Shown: positions 1 to 13,554, counted from the first letter of the stretch. The stretch: 64,000 nucleotides of DNA from Octopus sinensis (GCF_006345805.1 NC_043000.1:159340001-159404000), one strand, 5' to 3'. Notes: generated by a model from the sequence alone, not told the origin. Made by a program: numbers and translations.

Positions 1-269
1 AGGATCCATTTGGGGGCCTTGGAGAAAACTATGTTTTAACGTTTTGAGTTATTTGAGCCGGTCGAGGACTTTCCAACAAAATGATCCAAAGCATATTGCA
101 GGAATAATCAAAAGTACGAATTCGAGAGCTGCAGAGGCCAATACAATTCTTGAAGCGAAACCGGACAGCAATATCAAAACAGATTCACATGAAAAGAAAT
201 CCAGAAAATTAAATATACCCGCCATCAACTCTCAAAAAAACAAGAAAAGAAAAATCTAGATATCACATT

Positions 270-579
270 GTGGAAGCGCAATGGCCCAGTGGTTAGGGCA
301 GGGAAGATTGCGGTTTCGATTCCCAGATCGGACGTTGTGGTTATTGAACGAAAACACCTAAAAGCTCCACGAGGATCCGGTAGGGGTTGGGTGGCGACCT
401 CTGTTGTACTCTTTCGCCACAACTTTCTCTCATTCTCTCTTCCTGTTTCTTGAGTAACGCTGCGATGGACTGGCGTCCCGTCCAGCTGCGTGGTGGGAAC
501 ACATACGCCACAGAAACCGGGAAACCGGGCCCATGAACCTGGCTAGGCTTGAAAAGGGCGAAAAAAGAAAAGAAAAGAG
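270..579 (+). mobile_element. tRNA-derived SINE, family R, with V-domain-like tail
   Basis: The head GTGGAAGCGCAATGGCCCAGTGGTTAGGGC has A/B-box-like motifs (GGTTTCGATTCCC). The body is shared with the copies at 8302, 9670, 15544, 30643 and 56822. The tail contains GCTGCGATGGACTGGCGTCCCGTCCAG, resembling the V-SINE core. It ends in an A-rich tract, with TSD ATCACATT at 262-269 and 580-587. Confidence 0.85.
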
Positions 580-1012
580 ATCACATTATCTGTGATTACC
601 AAACTTAAAAATTCACTGTCTCGAGAAAGGGATTCCGTTTTTGAGAAATTTTGGATACTCGATCAAATACTTGTCATATGGCTACAGTATTTAATTATTT
701 ATCTTTGATGGATATATTCCAGTTAATTGAAAAAAGAAAAACATGCTTAACTCTTAATTTAAGTGACATATTTCTGGAGATATCGATACTGTCATTTGTA
801 GTATCAGATTAATTAAAATTTTTCGTGTTTAAAATCATATTAAGAAAGCAAAGCAAAATGTTTCATTCTAAGCATATGTGGTTTGAGTTGCAAGGGATTA
901 AGATATTATTTATTGCCGTTCTGGTGATACATCTCACAACTTGGATGGATTTAAAAGCATTTAAGCATTTGCAAGCGAGTCGCTTCCTCTGATTTTTCTG
1001 AAGGCGCAACGG

Positions 1013-1014
1013 AG

Positions 1015-1083
<69 letters not shown>
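1013..1083. repeat. (TAGA)n-(GA)n microsatellite
   Basis: Read directly from the sequence. Confidence 0.95.
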
Positions 1084-1241
1084 AGAACTTGACTGATTCT
1101 TGTCTGTCTACATTGAAGGAATGAAAGTTAAACTCGGATTTGCAAAGAGCCGGAACAAATACCACAAGGCACTTTCTCCGATTGAAGGAGGGGAGAAATA
1201 TTTAATCATCAATAAACTCGCCAATGAATTCCTTTCTTGGA

Positions 1242-1576
1242 AAGGTCTGAAATTTTGTGAAATGGGGATAGTCGATTACATCCACCCCGGTGCTCAACTA
1301 GTACTTATTTTATCCATCCCGAAAGTATAAAAAGCAAAGCCGACTTCGGCGAAGACAGACGAAATACCTATTTTCTTACTACCCACAAGGGGCTAATCAC
1401 AGAGAGGACAAACAAGGACATACAAACGGATTAAGTAATTGGTACTTATTTAATCGACCCCGAAAGGATGAAAGGCAAAGTCGACCTCGGCGGAATTTGA
1501 ACTCAGAACGTAGCGGAAGACGAAATACCGCTAAGCATTTCGCCCGGTGTGCTAACGTTTCTGCCAGCTCGCCGCC
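1242..1576 (-). mobile_element. SINE family M dimer (younger unit joined to an older unit with a different tail)
   Basis: On the minus strand the head is GGCGGCGAGCTGGCAGAAACGTTAGCAC with B box GAGTTCAAATTCC. The core CCTTTCATCCTTTCGGGGTCGATTAAATAAGTACC resembles a Meta-type domain (from memory). The junction GAAATACCTATTTT is at 1361-1374. Confidence 0.85.
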
Positions 1577-4500
1577 CTTAACTCACTTTTAAATTGATAA
1601 CATATATACACGTATAGGTGAGAGCTCATGCGCAGGCATTGCCCATGGTTAAAATGTTCGCTTCTAGATCAACTTGCTTCGGTTTCAGTCCGACTAATTG
1701 ACAGCTCATCGTGTGTGTTTGTGTGCATGCGTGTGAGTGTATATATGTATTCGGGTATGTGAGTGTACTTATATGTGTGTGTTTAATCAAAGGATACTGT
1801 AAACTACAAGCTATCAAAAGAATTCACTGCAGACTAGGGGGGAAATTGATAAAGAACTTTTGTTTTCTTTTTATATAAAACCGAATGCTACAAATAGATA
1901 TTGTTTATCTCTTTATGGGAGGTCGTCAAACATTAAAACAACATTGTTAATTATGCCATTAATGAGCAAATGAAGATGGAGCGTGAAAGAGAGAGATGAG
2001 AGAGGTGAGACAGTTACCTAGCAATCAGAAAAACAATAACAACCAAAACATGACAGTAGAAAGCGACACTTATTTGTAAAGTAAGAAAAGTAATTTCTAG
2101 AGTGAAAAAGGAATAATAAACCTAACCTATATAAATATAACATTCAACTTCTGGAATGTCTTTTTCTTCTCTCACAAAAAAAGAGAAGAAAATAGATTCG
2201 TGAAGATAATTTTTAAGATACACAAGTGCTCCTATCCAATTAACTTTCAATTCTCTTTTATCTTTGTTCATGTCTAATAATCTAAAATATTTAAATTGTT
2301 TTTTTATTCCTTCTAAATTATAACGTATTTTTAATATAATTTTAAATATTTTATTATTGTACATCCTTTATTTTAAAATCGATATTATTTTTTTACAAAG
2401 AGCAAACGAACCATGTTATTATTTAAAAGAAATGTAGAACAGAGTTTCATTATTACTTTGCTGCAGAAAATAAGTGCCATGGCAAAATTTGAACTTACAG
2501 CCTAATTAGCGAAAATTATACGTAATTGAATAAGAATAAATGAAAAAACACACCACCTACAAAAGGTGATTTATCATTATTCTTGCAATTGCTTTTTCCT
2601 ACACTACAAGGCAACACTGATAGTAATAACTGTGGAAGTTATTTTAATGCCTGATGATCTCTCATAAGGAATGAAACTATACATATTCGTGGAATTCAAT
2701 TATTTTAAAATGCTTTACACACACACACACGTATGGTCACTTTACATGCTTATATGAAATTATATATATTTTGCATATTTATATGTAAAGATAAAACATA
2801 AATATATACCCCACAAAAGAGAATTATTTAACTTTTTGGTGTAATAAATATCAATTTATGGATAATCAACCTTTTCTTTTTATTGTGGGTAGACATATCT
2901 TCAACGTTCATAATTTGTTTTCTGCCTGTTTGTGTAAAATAAATGAGCTCTAAATGAAGATTCGAATAGAGTTCGTTGATTCCATTTTCTTAGAGTTTAT
3001 CCCCGGTACTGGAGCACTTTTCAATGCATCCATACAGATATATTCATACATAATAGTATATATGCATAAAGGTATGCGAACATAGACATGTACATACACG
3101 AGTGTATATATAAATGTGTTTGGGCGTTTGCATACATGGCGACAATGTATGTTGTTGGCAATTAGTTTTGCTGCCATTCGAAAAGAGTACACCCTAAGCA
3201 GCAACCCAACCTCTGAAACCCTACTACTGATAAACTCTAATACCCAGTATGATATATAGTCTTTAACGCATTTTCTTCATAGCCGTCTCCCATATCTATA
3301 TTTCTTAACCAACTTTCCTCTTCTCACTGTCAACACTTAGGATTTTCAGCTTCAGATTACTCTTCATACACCATTTCAGCTTCGTGATATTTCCCATTCC
3401 CCCATCAGCTGTCATTGCTTGTTAGTAAGTAATTCTATACGCGGGTGGGTTTACACCCAGAAAGGAATGAAAGAGAAAAATCCACCCTTAATTTGGGGGT
3501 AATATTTCTGTATTGAGATTTATGCTTTTACTCCCTGAATTTGTTTTCTTAGTATTTGGAGGAACTTTTTATTTTCAAGGTTTTATTTCATTCTTTGGGC
3601 AACACTTTATATGTTACCGTTCTGACTGCTTCACCTGATGTTTGTTAAGTACAAAGGGGATGAAAGAAGGGGGATGAAAGTAGAAGGATGAAAGTAGATA
3701 TACTAGAAATAAATACTAGAGTATACTCGGGAGTGAGAGAGAGGGAGGACGGGGGTGAGCGAAAGAAGGCTCATGCGTATATATGTGCGTTGGTACAACA
3801 TTGATACATCGATTTTCTAATCATGCACAGATGTTCTCTCTAAACTGCTAGACAAGAGATTAACATTCTGTCCTTTCATGAACGTGGTTTCACGCCCATG
3901 TACAATGCACACAGTTCCCAATATCCTAGCTCTCAAAACAACTTCTGTGTACGAAATGATACTTATACAGTTCTTGTGAACATTGGCTAGACTTAAAAGA
4001 AAGAAGAAAAACAAACACAAAAAGATAAAGAAAGACCTGTCTATTGCTAGTGGTAAATAATGTCCCAATGTAAGCGAGATACTTATTGTTTGTTTTATTT
4101 TATAACCTTAACAAGCTTGTTCGTTTAAGACTAGCTCCGCAGCATTTTGGATTTATTACGCAAATTTCACACAATTGCAAATATTTAACCAGAAGATAGA
4201 GATAGTGTACAAACAGAAAAAAAAAACGCAGCTAACTTCCCTTGCCCGTATATAACATTGATTGTTAACAAGTAGAGAGTATGTATATAACATTGATTAT
4301 TGTAAGCAGAGAGTACGGAGGCACAAATGTTTTCTCAAATGATACATTATGCCATATTGTGTTTTTCTGTAGCCCTTATCTAACATAAATCACCAGAGAA
4401 CAAAAGATTTCAGCTGTGCTATACACAGAAATAGACGTAATGTTAAAGGCAAGCCTCTTTTCTTTTTCTTTCCTTCACTAAATTTTCACTTTATCCCGAG

Positions 4501-5620
4501 GGAGCCTCTACGCACCATCTCCCAAGCTCTATTGCATCACATATTATTGTTTTAAAACGTTCAATAATGTAGTCGAATCTTTCCGTAGTCGATAAAGCAA
4601 AGTACACGTCAAGTGCTGGGATTAGCCGACGATGGCAGTATCGCGTATAGTTGAAACTCAGTGAGTGAAGCCAGTGAAAAAGAGAACTCCTTCCCTCAAC
4701 AGAAAAAAACTAAATGTACACAGGAAGATTTAGGTATACAAGATAAATAGCTATTTACACAGACAAGTTAAAATAGCCACATAGATAAACATGTTAAAGC
4801 GTGCACAAATGTATTCAAGTATGCATATGTGTGTGATTGTGAGTGTTACTAAGAGGTATAATCCATCCAGTGGGTGTATATAGAGTTTACCTTCACATAA
4901 TTTCACACACAAGGTAACGATTGACTTAAGGCTGTAACAAATCACATTTGCGCAAGATAACATATAGTGGAATCGAACCCGGGACTTTGTGGTTACGAGG
5001 CAAATTACTAAACCATTCGGCTGTTCTCCTAACACAGACCCATATACATTAAACAGTAATAAAGATATACATAAATATTTAAAACGTTATATAAACCATC
5101 TTAGTTCTCTGTCTGTCTGTCTCTCTCTCTCTCTCTCCACACACACACATGTACACACATACATAGATAAATTGATCTTCAGCTGGATGAGTGGAGAAAC
5201 AGAAATGTGGACATGATGAATAGCCAATGACATCCTGTTAACTGTGGCATTTATACGGTATTAAGGCCAATTTTTTTGAAAATTCATTTGGCTCTACTCA
5301 AGAAGGTCAAACGAATGAGGTAAATGCTAGAAGGGTAATACAGTACATTGAGAAGATTCAGTGAATGTTAAAAGGCAGATTTTATCAAAGTGGTGAAATT
5401 CTTTGTAAGTGGTCGTCTGATATTTTCAGGAAAATCGCGCTGATTTCTAACATAAGTGCGATGGTATAACAGCGCTAAATTAAATGCCTAACAGTATTTT
5501 AATATCTGTTGATAATATTTTGAGATTACATTCCACCAGAATTAGCATTGGCTGTTCTAGAAAAAGTAAAATAACTTACAAGGTATCTATTGAGTTAACT
5601 CAATAATCCATATATAATAT

Positions 5621-5770
5621 ATCCTTTCTACTATAGGCATAAGGCCTGAAATTTTAAGGGAGGGGTCGAGTCGATTACATCGATCCCAGTGTTCAACTGA
5701 TAATTTTTCATCGACCCCGAGGGGATGGAAAGACAAAGTTCTCCACGGCGGAAGTTGAACTCAGAAGTGG
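5621..5770 (-). mobile_element. SINE family M, 5'-truncated, alternative tail
   Basis: The core matches other M copies. The minus-strand tail is ...AAAATTTCAGGCCTTATGCCTATAGTAGAAAGGAT. Confidence 0.75.
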
Positions 5771-5789
5771 GAGCAAAATGATACTGTAT

Positions 5790-7081
5790 ACTAAGGAGTG
5801 TCAAAAATTATAAGCACTCTTGTTTTCTCAATGCATTTACACAAAAGTAGGGGGTAAACAAGTACGTGATTTTTCTCCTTCCTTCTCGATGCACTCGGTC
5901 CAGCGGTCCACAACCTTGCTTATTCCCCCCCCCCCCCACAAGAAGGTTTTGGTTGGTCGGGCAATCATTTATGCACCGCTTCCTTCACATCTTCAGCCGT
6001 AGGAAATCGACGACCTCGTAAGCCATCTTTGAGCGGACCAAAGATATGATTGTCGGAAGAAACGAGATCTGGGCTCTAGGAAATGTGTTCCAGCACCTCA
6101 AAACCCAATTGGTTAATGGCTTCAACGGCATGGGTGGCCGTGTGTGTGCGTGCATTGTCGTGCAACAACAAAACCTTCTCCGACAATAGGCTTCGGTGTT
6201 TGGTGCGAATTGCTGACTTCAGTGTGTTGGCCAGCAAAGCACTGTATCTTGCACTGTTGATCGTACAACCCTTTTCCAGGAAGTCTGCCAGTATAGGCCT
6301 TTTTGAGTCCCCCAAAATAGGTTAGCATCACCTTTCCCGCGGAAGACTGAGTCTTGAAATTCTTCATCGCTGGGGAGCCAGGATATTTCCACTCCATAAT
6401 CTGTCTTTTGCATTCTGGCTGATAATGATGGCCCCACGTTTACTCTCTTGTTATAATTCTGCTCAAAAATCCCTTGCCCTCATGGTAGTGATCAAATAAA
6501 CGTTTGCAGACTTCAAGACGTTTGCCCTTATTCTCTGCAGTAAGCTCTCTTGGCACCCATCTTGCACAGACTGTATGGAAGCCGAGCTCATTGTGGATGA
6601 TTTAATGGGCAGAACCATGACTAATTTCCTCATCGATGATAACTCACCGGTTCACCATCACATCTCTCGAGCTTGCTGAATCTTCTCATCAGTGGTGGAG
6701 GTTAACGGGCGTCCTGCTCCTTCTTCGTGCGTCACACTTACCCGGCCACTTTTAAACTTCTCGACCCACCCATACACACTTCTATGCGGTGGTACACTAT
6801 CCCCCTAATGTGCTAAAAGCCTCCGATAAATTTCAGCCCCTGACACACCTACTGACCAGAGAAATCGGATCACTGTTCTTTGTTCTTCTTTGGTGCATTT
6901 TGCTAGCGGAGCGACCATGCTTACACTGTAAAGCCAGAAAGAAAAATGCCGTGATCAGGCTCAAACTTCGATCACTTGATCACACTAATACCAACTATAA
7001 GCACGCATGCGCAGAAGGCAGTGTGATAAAAATAAAGATATGTTATGGTGAAAGTGCAGATAATTTTTGACTTCCCTCGTA
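5790..7081 (-). mobile_element. Full-length, inactivated mariner (DD34D) transposon
   Basis: TIRs of about 28 bp (TACGAGGGAAGTCAAAAATTATCTGCACT at the right end; degenerate copy at 5790-5818) with TA flanks. The minus-strand transposase starts at ATG 6918: MVAPLAKCTKEEQRTVIRFLW..., EWKYPGSP, SAGKVMLT, HDNART, SPDLVSSD. It carries stops and frameshifts, and the first catalytic D region is mutated. Confidence 0.93.
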
Positions 7082-7456
7082 TATGTGTATGTGTGTAAGA
7101 ATATGTTCCCACCTACGTTTTGTTTAGTGTTGAAACATGAGAGAGAAAGAGAGAAAGGGGGACAGGCAGACAGAGAGAAGTGGAATGAAAGAGAGTGACC
7201 AAGGGAGAAAGAAAGGATTTTAAGATGTGGGAGGATGAGTAAAAGTGGAAGTTAAAGTAGGCATGCGAAAGAAAGACGAAAGAATATGAAGCAGTGGCAA
7301 AGTGTGACGTCACTATTTCTTAGGTTATCGAATCTTTTTTTAATCCTTCTCTCTGAGTCGAAACTGTTTCTGAAATGCATAAAATAAAGGAATCATAATT
7401 TAAAAGGATTAGTATTTTGCAACAAGAACAAAGATTGTTTTCTCTGTATATATGTA

Positions 7457-7856
7457 CTAGCAGTATCGCCCGGCGTTGCTCGGGTTTGTAAGGGAAATAA
7501 CTATATAAGCATTTTTAGAGATGTAAAGTATAATAGCCATTACAATATGGCTAACCACAAAGGGGGGGGGGGGTGTTACTGTAGCTTTTTACGTTCTGAG
7601 ATTTAATAATACATTTTTAGAGAGTTACTTCCCTTATATAATTGCAAAAAATGCATTAAATATGGGAAAAAATGATAATTTTTTTTTTAAATCGTAGACT
7701 CATCGTAGACGCGCGCTAATACCCAGAAGGGCTCGATATGAATCACGACTATAAGATACCTGCTTTTGGTTAAACTGCACCGCAGAATGTGGGAGTAGTT
7801 AGGAATCTAAATCGTAGGAGACAGACACCACACAACCTTACTTTTATATATATAGA
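7457..7856 (-). mobile_element. Non-autonomous Helitron
   Basis: On the minus strand it starts A|TCTATATATATAAAAG and ends with a GC hairpin (CCCGAGCAACGCCGGG) then CTAG|T. The same terminus occurs at 27374 and 42224. Confidence 0.8.
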
Positions 7857-8301
7857 TATGTGGGTGTACGTAAGAACAAGCTAACTGCAATTAAAATAAT
7901 ATAAATAATTAAATTAAGAATGTTACTCATTCTACCTGTAATTAGATTGCAGCCATACCTTTAAAGTAGTACTATGGTCGAAAATATCGACCTCACAATT
8001 TATTTTAAAGTTTGGTACATATATTATTGGACCGCTATGTTATGATATATCAACAACAGCAATGTTCCTGGCTATCAATTCCACTCAATGAATTTACCAA
8101 CTTGAAGCTATAGAAGACTACAGCCCAAGGTACTATGTTGCCAAATCAAGAATCCTACAGTATGAAGCGAACTTTTTAGCCCCAAGACCAAGCCAGTATT
8201 ACTGATATTTGTTTTCCTTTTCAAGAATGCAAGGGTCAGAGAGACAGCCACTTATTGCAAAAGGAGGGACTGTGGATTCAAGTCTAATTATATGAACTTC
8301 C

Positions 8302-8686
8302 GTGGAGGCGCAATGGCCCAGTGGTTAGGGCAGCGGACTCGCGGTCGTAGGATCGCGGTTTCGATTCCCAGACCGGGCGTTGTAAGTGTTTATTGAGCAA
8401 AAACACCTAAAGCTCCACGAGGCTCCGGCAGGGATGGTGGTGATCCCTGCTGTACTCTTTCACTACAACTTTCTCTCACTCTTACTTCCTGTTTCTGTTG
8501 TACCTGTATTTCAAAGGGCTGGCCATGTCACTCTCTGTGTCACGCTGAATATATCCCCGAGAACTACGTTAAGGGTACACGTGTCTGTGGAGTGCTCAGC
8601 CACTTACACGTTAATTTCACGAGCAGGCTGTTCCGTTGATCGGATCAACCGGAACCCTCGTCGTCGTAACCGACGGAGTGCTTCCA
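8302..8686 (+). mobile_element. SINE family R, full length, tail type B
   Basis: tRNA-like head and shared body, ending GACGGAGTGCTTCCA. Imperfect TSD of about 12 bp (TATATGAACTTC/TATATGAAATTC). Confidence 0.92.
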
Positions 8687-9289
8687 CTATATGAAATTCT
8701 ATTTGAGATGATAATAAGGGTATAGTACTGTTCATTAAGATTTGTAACCCACGTGGTTGCACGCTAGCTGAATAATAATAGGGACAGATTATACTTTGAC
8801 GGAAAGAGGAAAAAATAACATAACTCTCAAGGTGGAAGTGGTAAGGACTTCATCTTTTAGCTCTCCAAAAAAAGGGCACATTCAATACTACCTATCTGGA
8901 GTTTAGGCCATTTAAACAATCAAATGTTTTAACTCTCCTGGGAGACTCACGCCGATTGACCGGTCCAAGTGATACAAGCTGAAAGGACTTTAAAGCCGAC
9001 CTATCGGCCCCATGGAACAAATGTTGAGAATGGTTGGTTTTGAAATGTAATAGCTATCCAGAGATGTCAATAGAAAAACAAGTTTGGTCTTTTTGGCTAC
9101 ACATATCAAAACATCGTGTGTCTCAAAAAGGGTTAAGCAAAATACAACGTTAAAAGAAATTATACATGTTTCATTGTTGTCTATAAACTCCAAGCATTTT
9201 AAAGTTTTCAAAATAGCCGTTAAAATTTCATGGACATGGCTACTATATGCATACATAGATATAAGTAAGGTCTTGGATTAGATATCACT

Positions 9290-9545
9290 GTGCGGCACCT
9301 TGGACAAATGTCATTTTCTGTAACCATGAATCAACTCATAACTTAGTGACTGAAACTGGGAAGTGTAAAGAAGCCAGCTGAACAGATTGGACAGGTAATT
9401 CAAATGGAACAGTGTGTCACAGTAACTGGATCACGCTGATTCCACGTGAAGATTATGCTACGGTTATACGACTCTGAAATTCTCAGCCAGATAACTCTTT
9501 AATTCATGAGCAGGTAACCCAGTGGAACGAACAGCTGTATCCCCA
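9290..9545 (+). mobile_element. Old chimeric SINE (CORE-like segment plus family-R type-B tail)
   Basis: CTGTGCGGCACCTTGGACAAATGTC resembles the family C CORE segment. Downstream GTCAC..TCACGCTGATT..TTAATTCATGAGCAGG resembles tail B. Highly diverged. Confidence 0.5.
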
Positions 9546-9669
9546 ACGTGGAGCGATGGAGATCTACCATGTCTAAGTATTATATATGTGTGTTAAATAT
9601 TAATATTTTGTTTAACTGGAAACAAAATAAAAAAAAAACAAACAAGCCCACCATCACTAACAATGGATA

Positions 9670-10019
9670 TGGAAGCACTCCGTCGGTTACGATGACGAGG
9701 GTTCCGGTTGATCCGAATCAACGGAACAGCCTGCTCGTGAAATTAACGTGTAAGTGGATGAGCACTCCACAGACACGTGTGCCCTTAACGTAGTTCTCGG
9801 GGATATTCAGCGTGACACAGAGAGTGACAGGAAGTAAGAGTGAGAGAAAGTTGTGGTGAAAGAGTACAGCAGGGATCACCACCATCCCCTGCCGGAGCCT
9901 CGTGGAGCTTTTAGGTGTTTTCGCTCAATAAATACTCACAACGCCCGGTCTGGGAATCGAAACCGCGATCCTATGACCGCGAGTCCGCTGCCCTAACCAC
10001 TGGGCCATTGCGCCTCCAC
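9670..10019 (-). mobile_element. SINE family R, tail B, with a small internal deletion
   Basis: Near-identical reverse complement of 8302-8686 lacking about 35-40 bp. TSD ATCACTAACAAT on both sides. Confidence 0.92.
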
Positions 10020-10359
10020 ATCACTAACAATATCAGCAGAAACAAAGCCACGGAAATCACGGCATGCATTACGATTTCAAGTAACAACAATAACAACAAC
10101 TACGACCATCGCTTCCACCAGTCAGCGGAGAAATGAGTAATATTAGCTCATACTTCGCTTCAATAGGAACTGAAAAATAACACCCGACAACAAAGACAAA
10201 AACACCACCAAAACAATAGCATGTCATACCAACACCCATTTTGACTGAGGAGAAGGTCAAGTCAACAGGAAATAAAAGGCTAAATCCAACAATATAATAG
10301 AAAGTAGGAACAGGGGAAAAGAAATTGGGAAGTAATAAAATATTAGGCGTATATCATTG

Positions 10360-10609
10360 AAATTATGTACAAATATTTATACACACACAAATACATACAT
10401 GCATGTACGTACATATATCTGTGTGTGTATATATATTAATAGGTGTGTGGTGTGTGTCTATGTATATATATATATATATATTGCTGTATCTATAATTACA
10501 TACGTGTAAAACTATCTATCTATATACGTATATACATATAAATATATATGTACATATATATACATAGACACACACACACATATATATATACAAATATATA
10601 CATATATAA

Positions 10610-10642
<33 letters not shown>

Positions 10643-10890
10643 CATACACATATATACATAGGCATATATACATACATACACACATATACATAGGCATATA
10701 TACATACATACACACATATACATAGGCATATATACATACATACACACATATACATAGGCATATATACATACACACATATACATAGGCATATATACATACA
10801 TACACACATATACATAGGCATATATACATACATATATATACACACACACATATTATATATATATATATATCACAAATTTATATACACATA
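10360..10890. repeat. Compound (TA)/(CA) microsatellite containing a 30-bp minisatellite
   Basis: The unit CACATATACATAGGCATATATACATACATA is repeated about 6 times at ~10648-10830. Confidence 0.9.
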
Positions 10891-10892
10891 TT

Positions 10893-10995
10893 TATCTATA
10901 TACATGTTTAATGGTATCTAACTCTAACTCCTCCCACACCGTCCAACCGATTTTAATGATTTTTTGCACATACGTAGATCATATGCCTTGCAATT
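10893..10995 (+). mobile_element. Helitron-like 5' fragment
   Basis: It starts TCTATATAC and contains AACTCCTCCCACACCGTCCAACCGATTTTAATGATTTTTTGCAC. A similar segment occurs in reverse in the other Helitron-like copies. Confidence 0.45.
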
Positions 10996-10999
10996 CAAA

Positions 11000-11096
11000 T
11001 ATATACATATACACATATATACATATACATATATATATACATACATACATACATTTATATACATACATATATACATATACACATACACACATGTAT

Positions 11097-11132
<36 letters not shown>

Positions 11133-11168
11133 CACACACATATATATATATATATATACGTATGTGTG

Positions 11169-11201
<33 letters not shown>

Positions 11202-11430
11202 GTATGTATATATATACATACATATATTTATATATATATATATATGTATATGTATATATATGTATATCTATATATCTATATGTATATATATATATATGTA
11301 TATCTATATATCTATATGCATATATATATATGTATATATATATATCTATATGCATATATATATATGTATATATATATATATATGTATATATATGTATATA
11401 TATGTGTGTATATATACATACACACACATT
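11000..11430. repeat. Compound (TA)/(CA)/(TG) microsatellite
   Basis: Read directly from the sequence. Confidence 0.95.
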
Positions 11431-11431
11431 T

Positions 11432-11981
11432 GACTCAGACTGCCCTCTTCGAGCTGTTAAACATGGTGGAGGATCTGTGAAGCTGTGAGGGTGAGGGTCT
11501 ATATCTTGGAAATCCGCTGGTCCAATGGTTTCCCTTCATGGTAGAATTAATAGTCAAGACTATTTAAGCATTTTATGTGATCAAATTCATCCTATGTTGC
11601 GGAACTGTTTCCAGAGGGAAACGCAATATTTCGGGACGATAACTCACACAGCTAAAGTTGTTACTGAATTGCACGAGGAACATTCTAGTGAAGTTGAACC
11701 TCTTATCTGGCCACCACCATCACCAGATTTCAATATTATTGAACATTTATGGCGCATTTTAGAAAAAGGAGTCGATAACCTCCACCATCATCACTACAAG
11801 AACTGGGGACTGTTTTAGCTGAAGAATGGACAAAAATTCCTTTGGAAACAATTCTAACTTTGTACAAATCCATATCTCGTAGCATTCAAGCTGCAATTAC
11901 TGCCAAAGGCGGGCCTACCCCATATTAAAATAAGTTTGTTTGAAATTTTAAGGTGTTTCCTTATTGTGTCCAACTCATGTA
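11432..11981 (+). mobile_element. Tc1-like transposon, 3' half (decayed DD34E region plus right TIR)
   Basis: It translates to [40 protein letters not shown] and AKGGPTPY*. It ends ...TGTCCAACTCATG|TA. Confidence 0.88.
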
Positions 11982-12171
11982 TATGTGTATAAGCTGGAAG
12001 TGGAAATAGCACAGAAGTAAGTATAGTATAAAACTTTTCAATTTAAGAGGGAATTGATAAATTATATAAAGAAAATATTACCGGTTTCGATGTATCTCAT
12101 CCTATGAAATATCAGTAAAAATTCATACACAATTCCAACACAATGTAAAGCAGTTCATCTTCCGTCTGGGG

Positions 12172-12181
12172 TTAAATATAT

Positions 12182-12231
<50 letters not shown>

Positions 12232-12312
12232 TATATATATATACACATATATACATAGACATACAAATGCACACATACGTATATATGCATATATATATAC
12301 ATATATATATAC

Positions 12313-12395
<83 letters not shown>

Positions 12396-12412
12396 TATAT
12401 ATATATATATAC

Positions 12413-12459
<47 letters not shown>

Positions 12460-12558
12460 TGCACACACACACACACATATATATATATAACATATATACA
12501 TAGACATACAAATGCACACATACGTATATATGCATATATATATACATATATATTATAC

Positions 12559-12592
<34 letters not shown>

Positions 12593-12596
12593 CAGA
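12172..12596. repeat. Compound TA microsatellite with an internal block duplication
   Basis: The block CATAGACATACAAATGCACACATACGTATATATGCAT occurs twice, about 247 bp apart. Confidence 0.9.
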
Positions 12597-13145
12597 CAAT
12601 AAACATACGCACGCAATATTCAAATGTTATTATTTATAGCTTTATGTGTATATATGAGCGCTTCGAGATATGTTATTTCACCGAAGAATTATTTCACAAT
12701 GTCTGAAATGTTTATAAAATTTTTATGAGGTCAACAATATATTTGTGTCTATACATGCTTACATGTACATACGTAAACTTAAATTCATGCATATTTTTAC
12801 ATGCATAGAAATGCCTGCAACACACAAACACACACAGATCTCAGGGTATTTTAAAACCCTGGAACCTGTTATTCCCAAGAAATCAGCAGTATATAAAATT
12901 ACATGTTGCAGAAATTTTGAAGAAAAACTAAAAACTTTATGTTTATTATTTCTTTTTTATATTTCAACTCTCTTATTTAGTGATTTAAAATTTTGGTAAT
13001 AAAGAACCAAAAATCATGAACAAAATATATTAGATTTAGAAAAACATGTATTGCTATAAAGAAAACTATTAATCTGAAAAACGTCTACAAAAATACTTTC
13101 CTGAATACTAAAAAAATATATTTCAATCAGATCATTTTTCTACTT

Positions 13146-13455
13146 TTTTCAGTCATTCAACTGCGGCCATTGTATGGCACAACCATAAAGGGTTTGACAA
13201 AAGATATCGACCCCAGTACTACTTCTTAAATCCAGTACCTATCCTATCGGATTTTTTTGCAGAACAATGATATATATATTTACGATTGACGTAAATAAAC
13301 CAACACCGACTACCAAGCAGTAGCGAAGTGGGTAGTCAAACACACAGATTCATTCATACACACTCACACACAAACACACACACGCACATATATGTATATA
13401 TATACGATGGGCTTCCACAGTTTCCACCTACCAAATTCACTTACAAAGCATTGAA
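13146..13455 (-). mobile_element. SINE family C, partial
   Basis: Diverged match to 40060-40420, including the tail and the segment after the internal CA repeat. Confidence 0.7.
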
Positions 13456-13554
13456 CAACCTTTCCATATTAGAAAACATTTGCTTAAAGCACCGTGAGTG
13501 GGAGTGCAAAATGAGCTTGTTGATCACACATTCATGTCTTCACCTATATCGAAA

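Noticed and set aside
3817-4068. 83-aa minus-strand ORF after a strong pyrimidine tract
   Set aside because: The N-terminus is translated low-complexity sequence and the remainder has no recognisable homology.
8302-8375. tRNA genes at SINE heads
   Set aside because: A and B boxes are present but no complete cloverleaf or acceptor stem is evident. The heads continue into dispersed SINE bodies with TSDs.
11432-11981. The Tc1 3' half appearing to complement the deleted Tc1 at 58.4-59.6 kb
   Set aside because: The terminal sequences are unrelated (TGTCCAAC-type versus CACTGGCGAC IR/DR), so they are different families.
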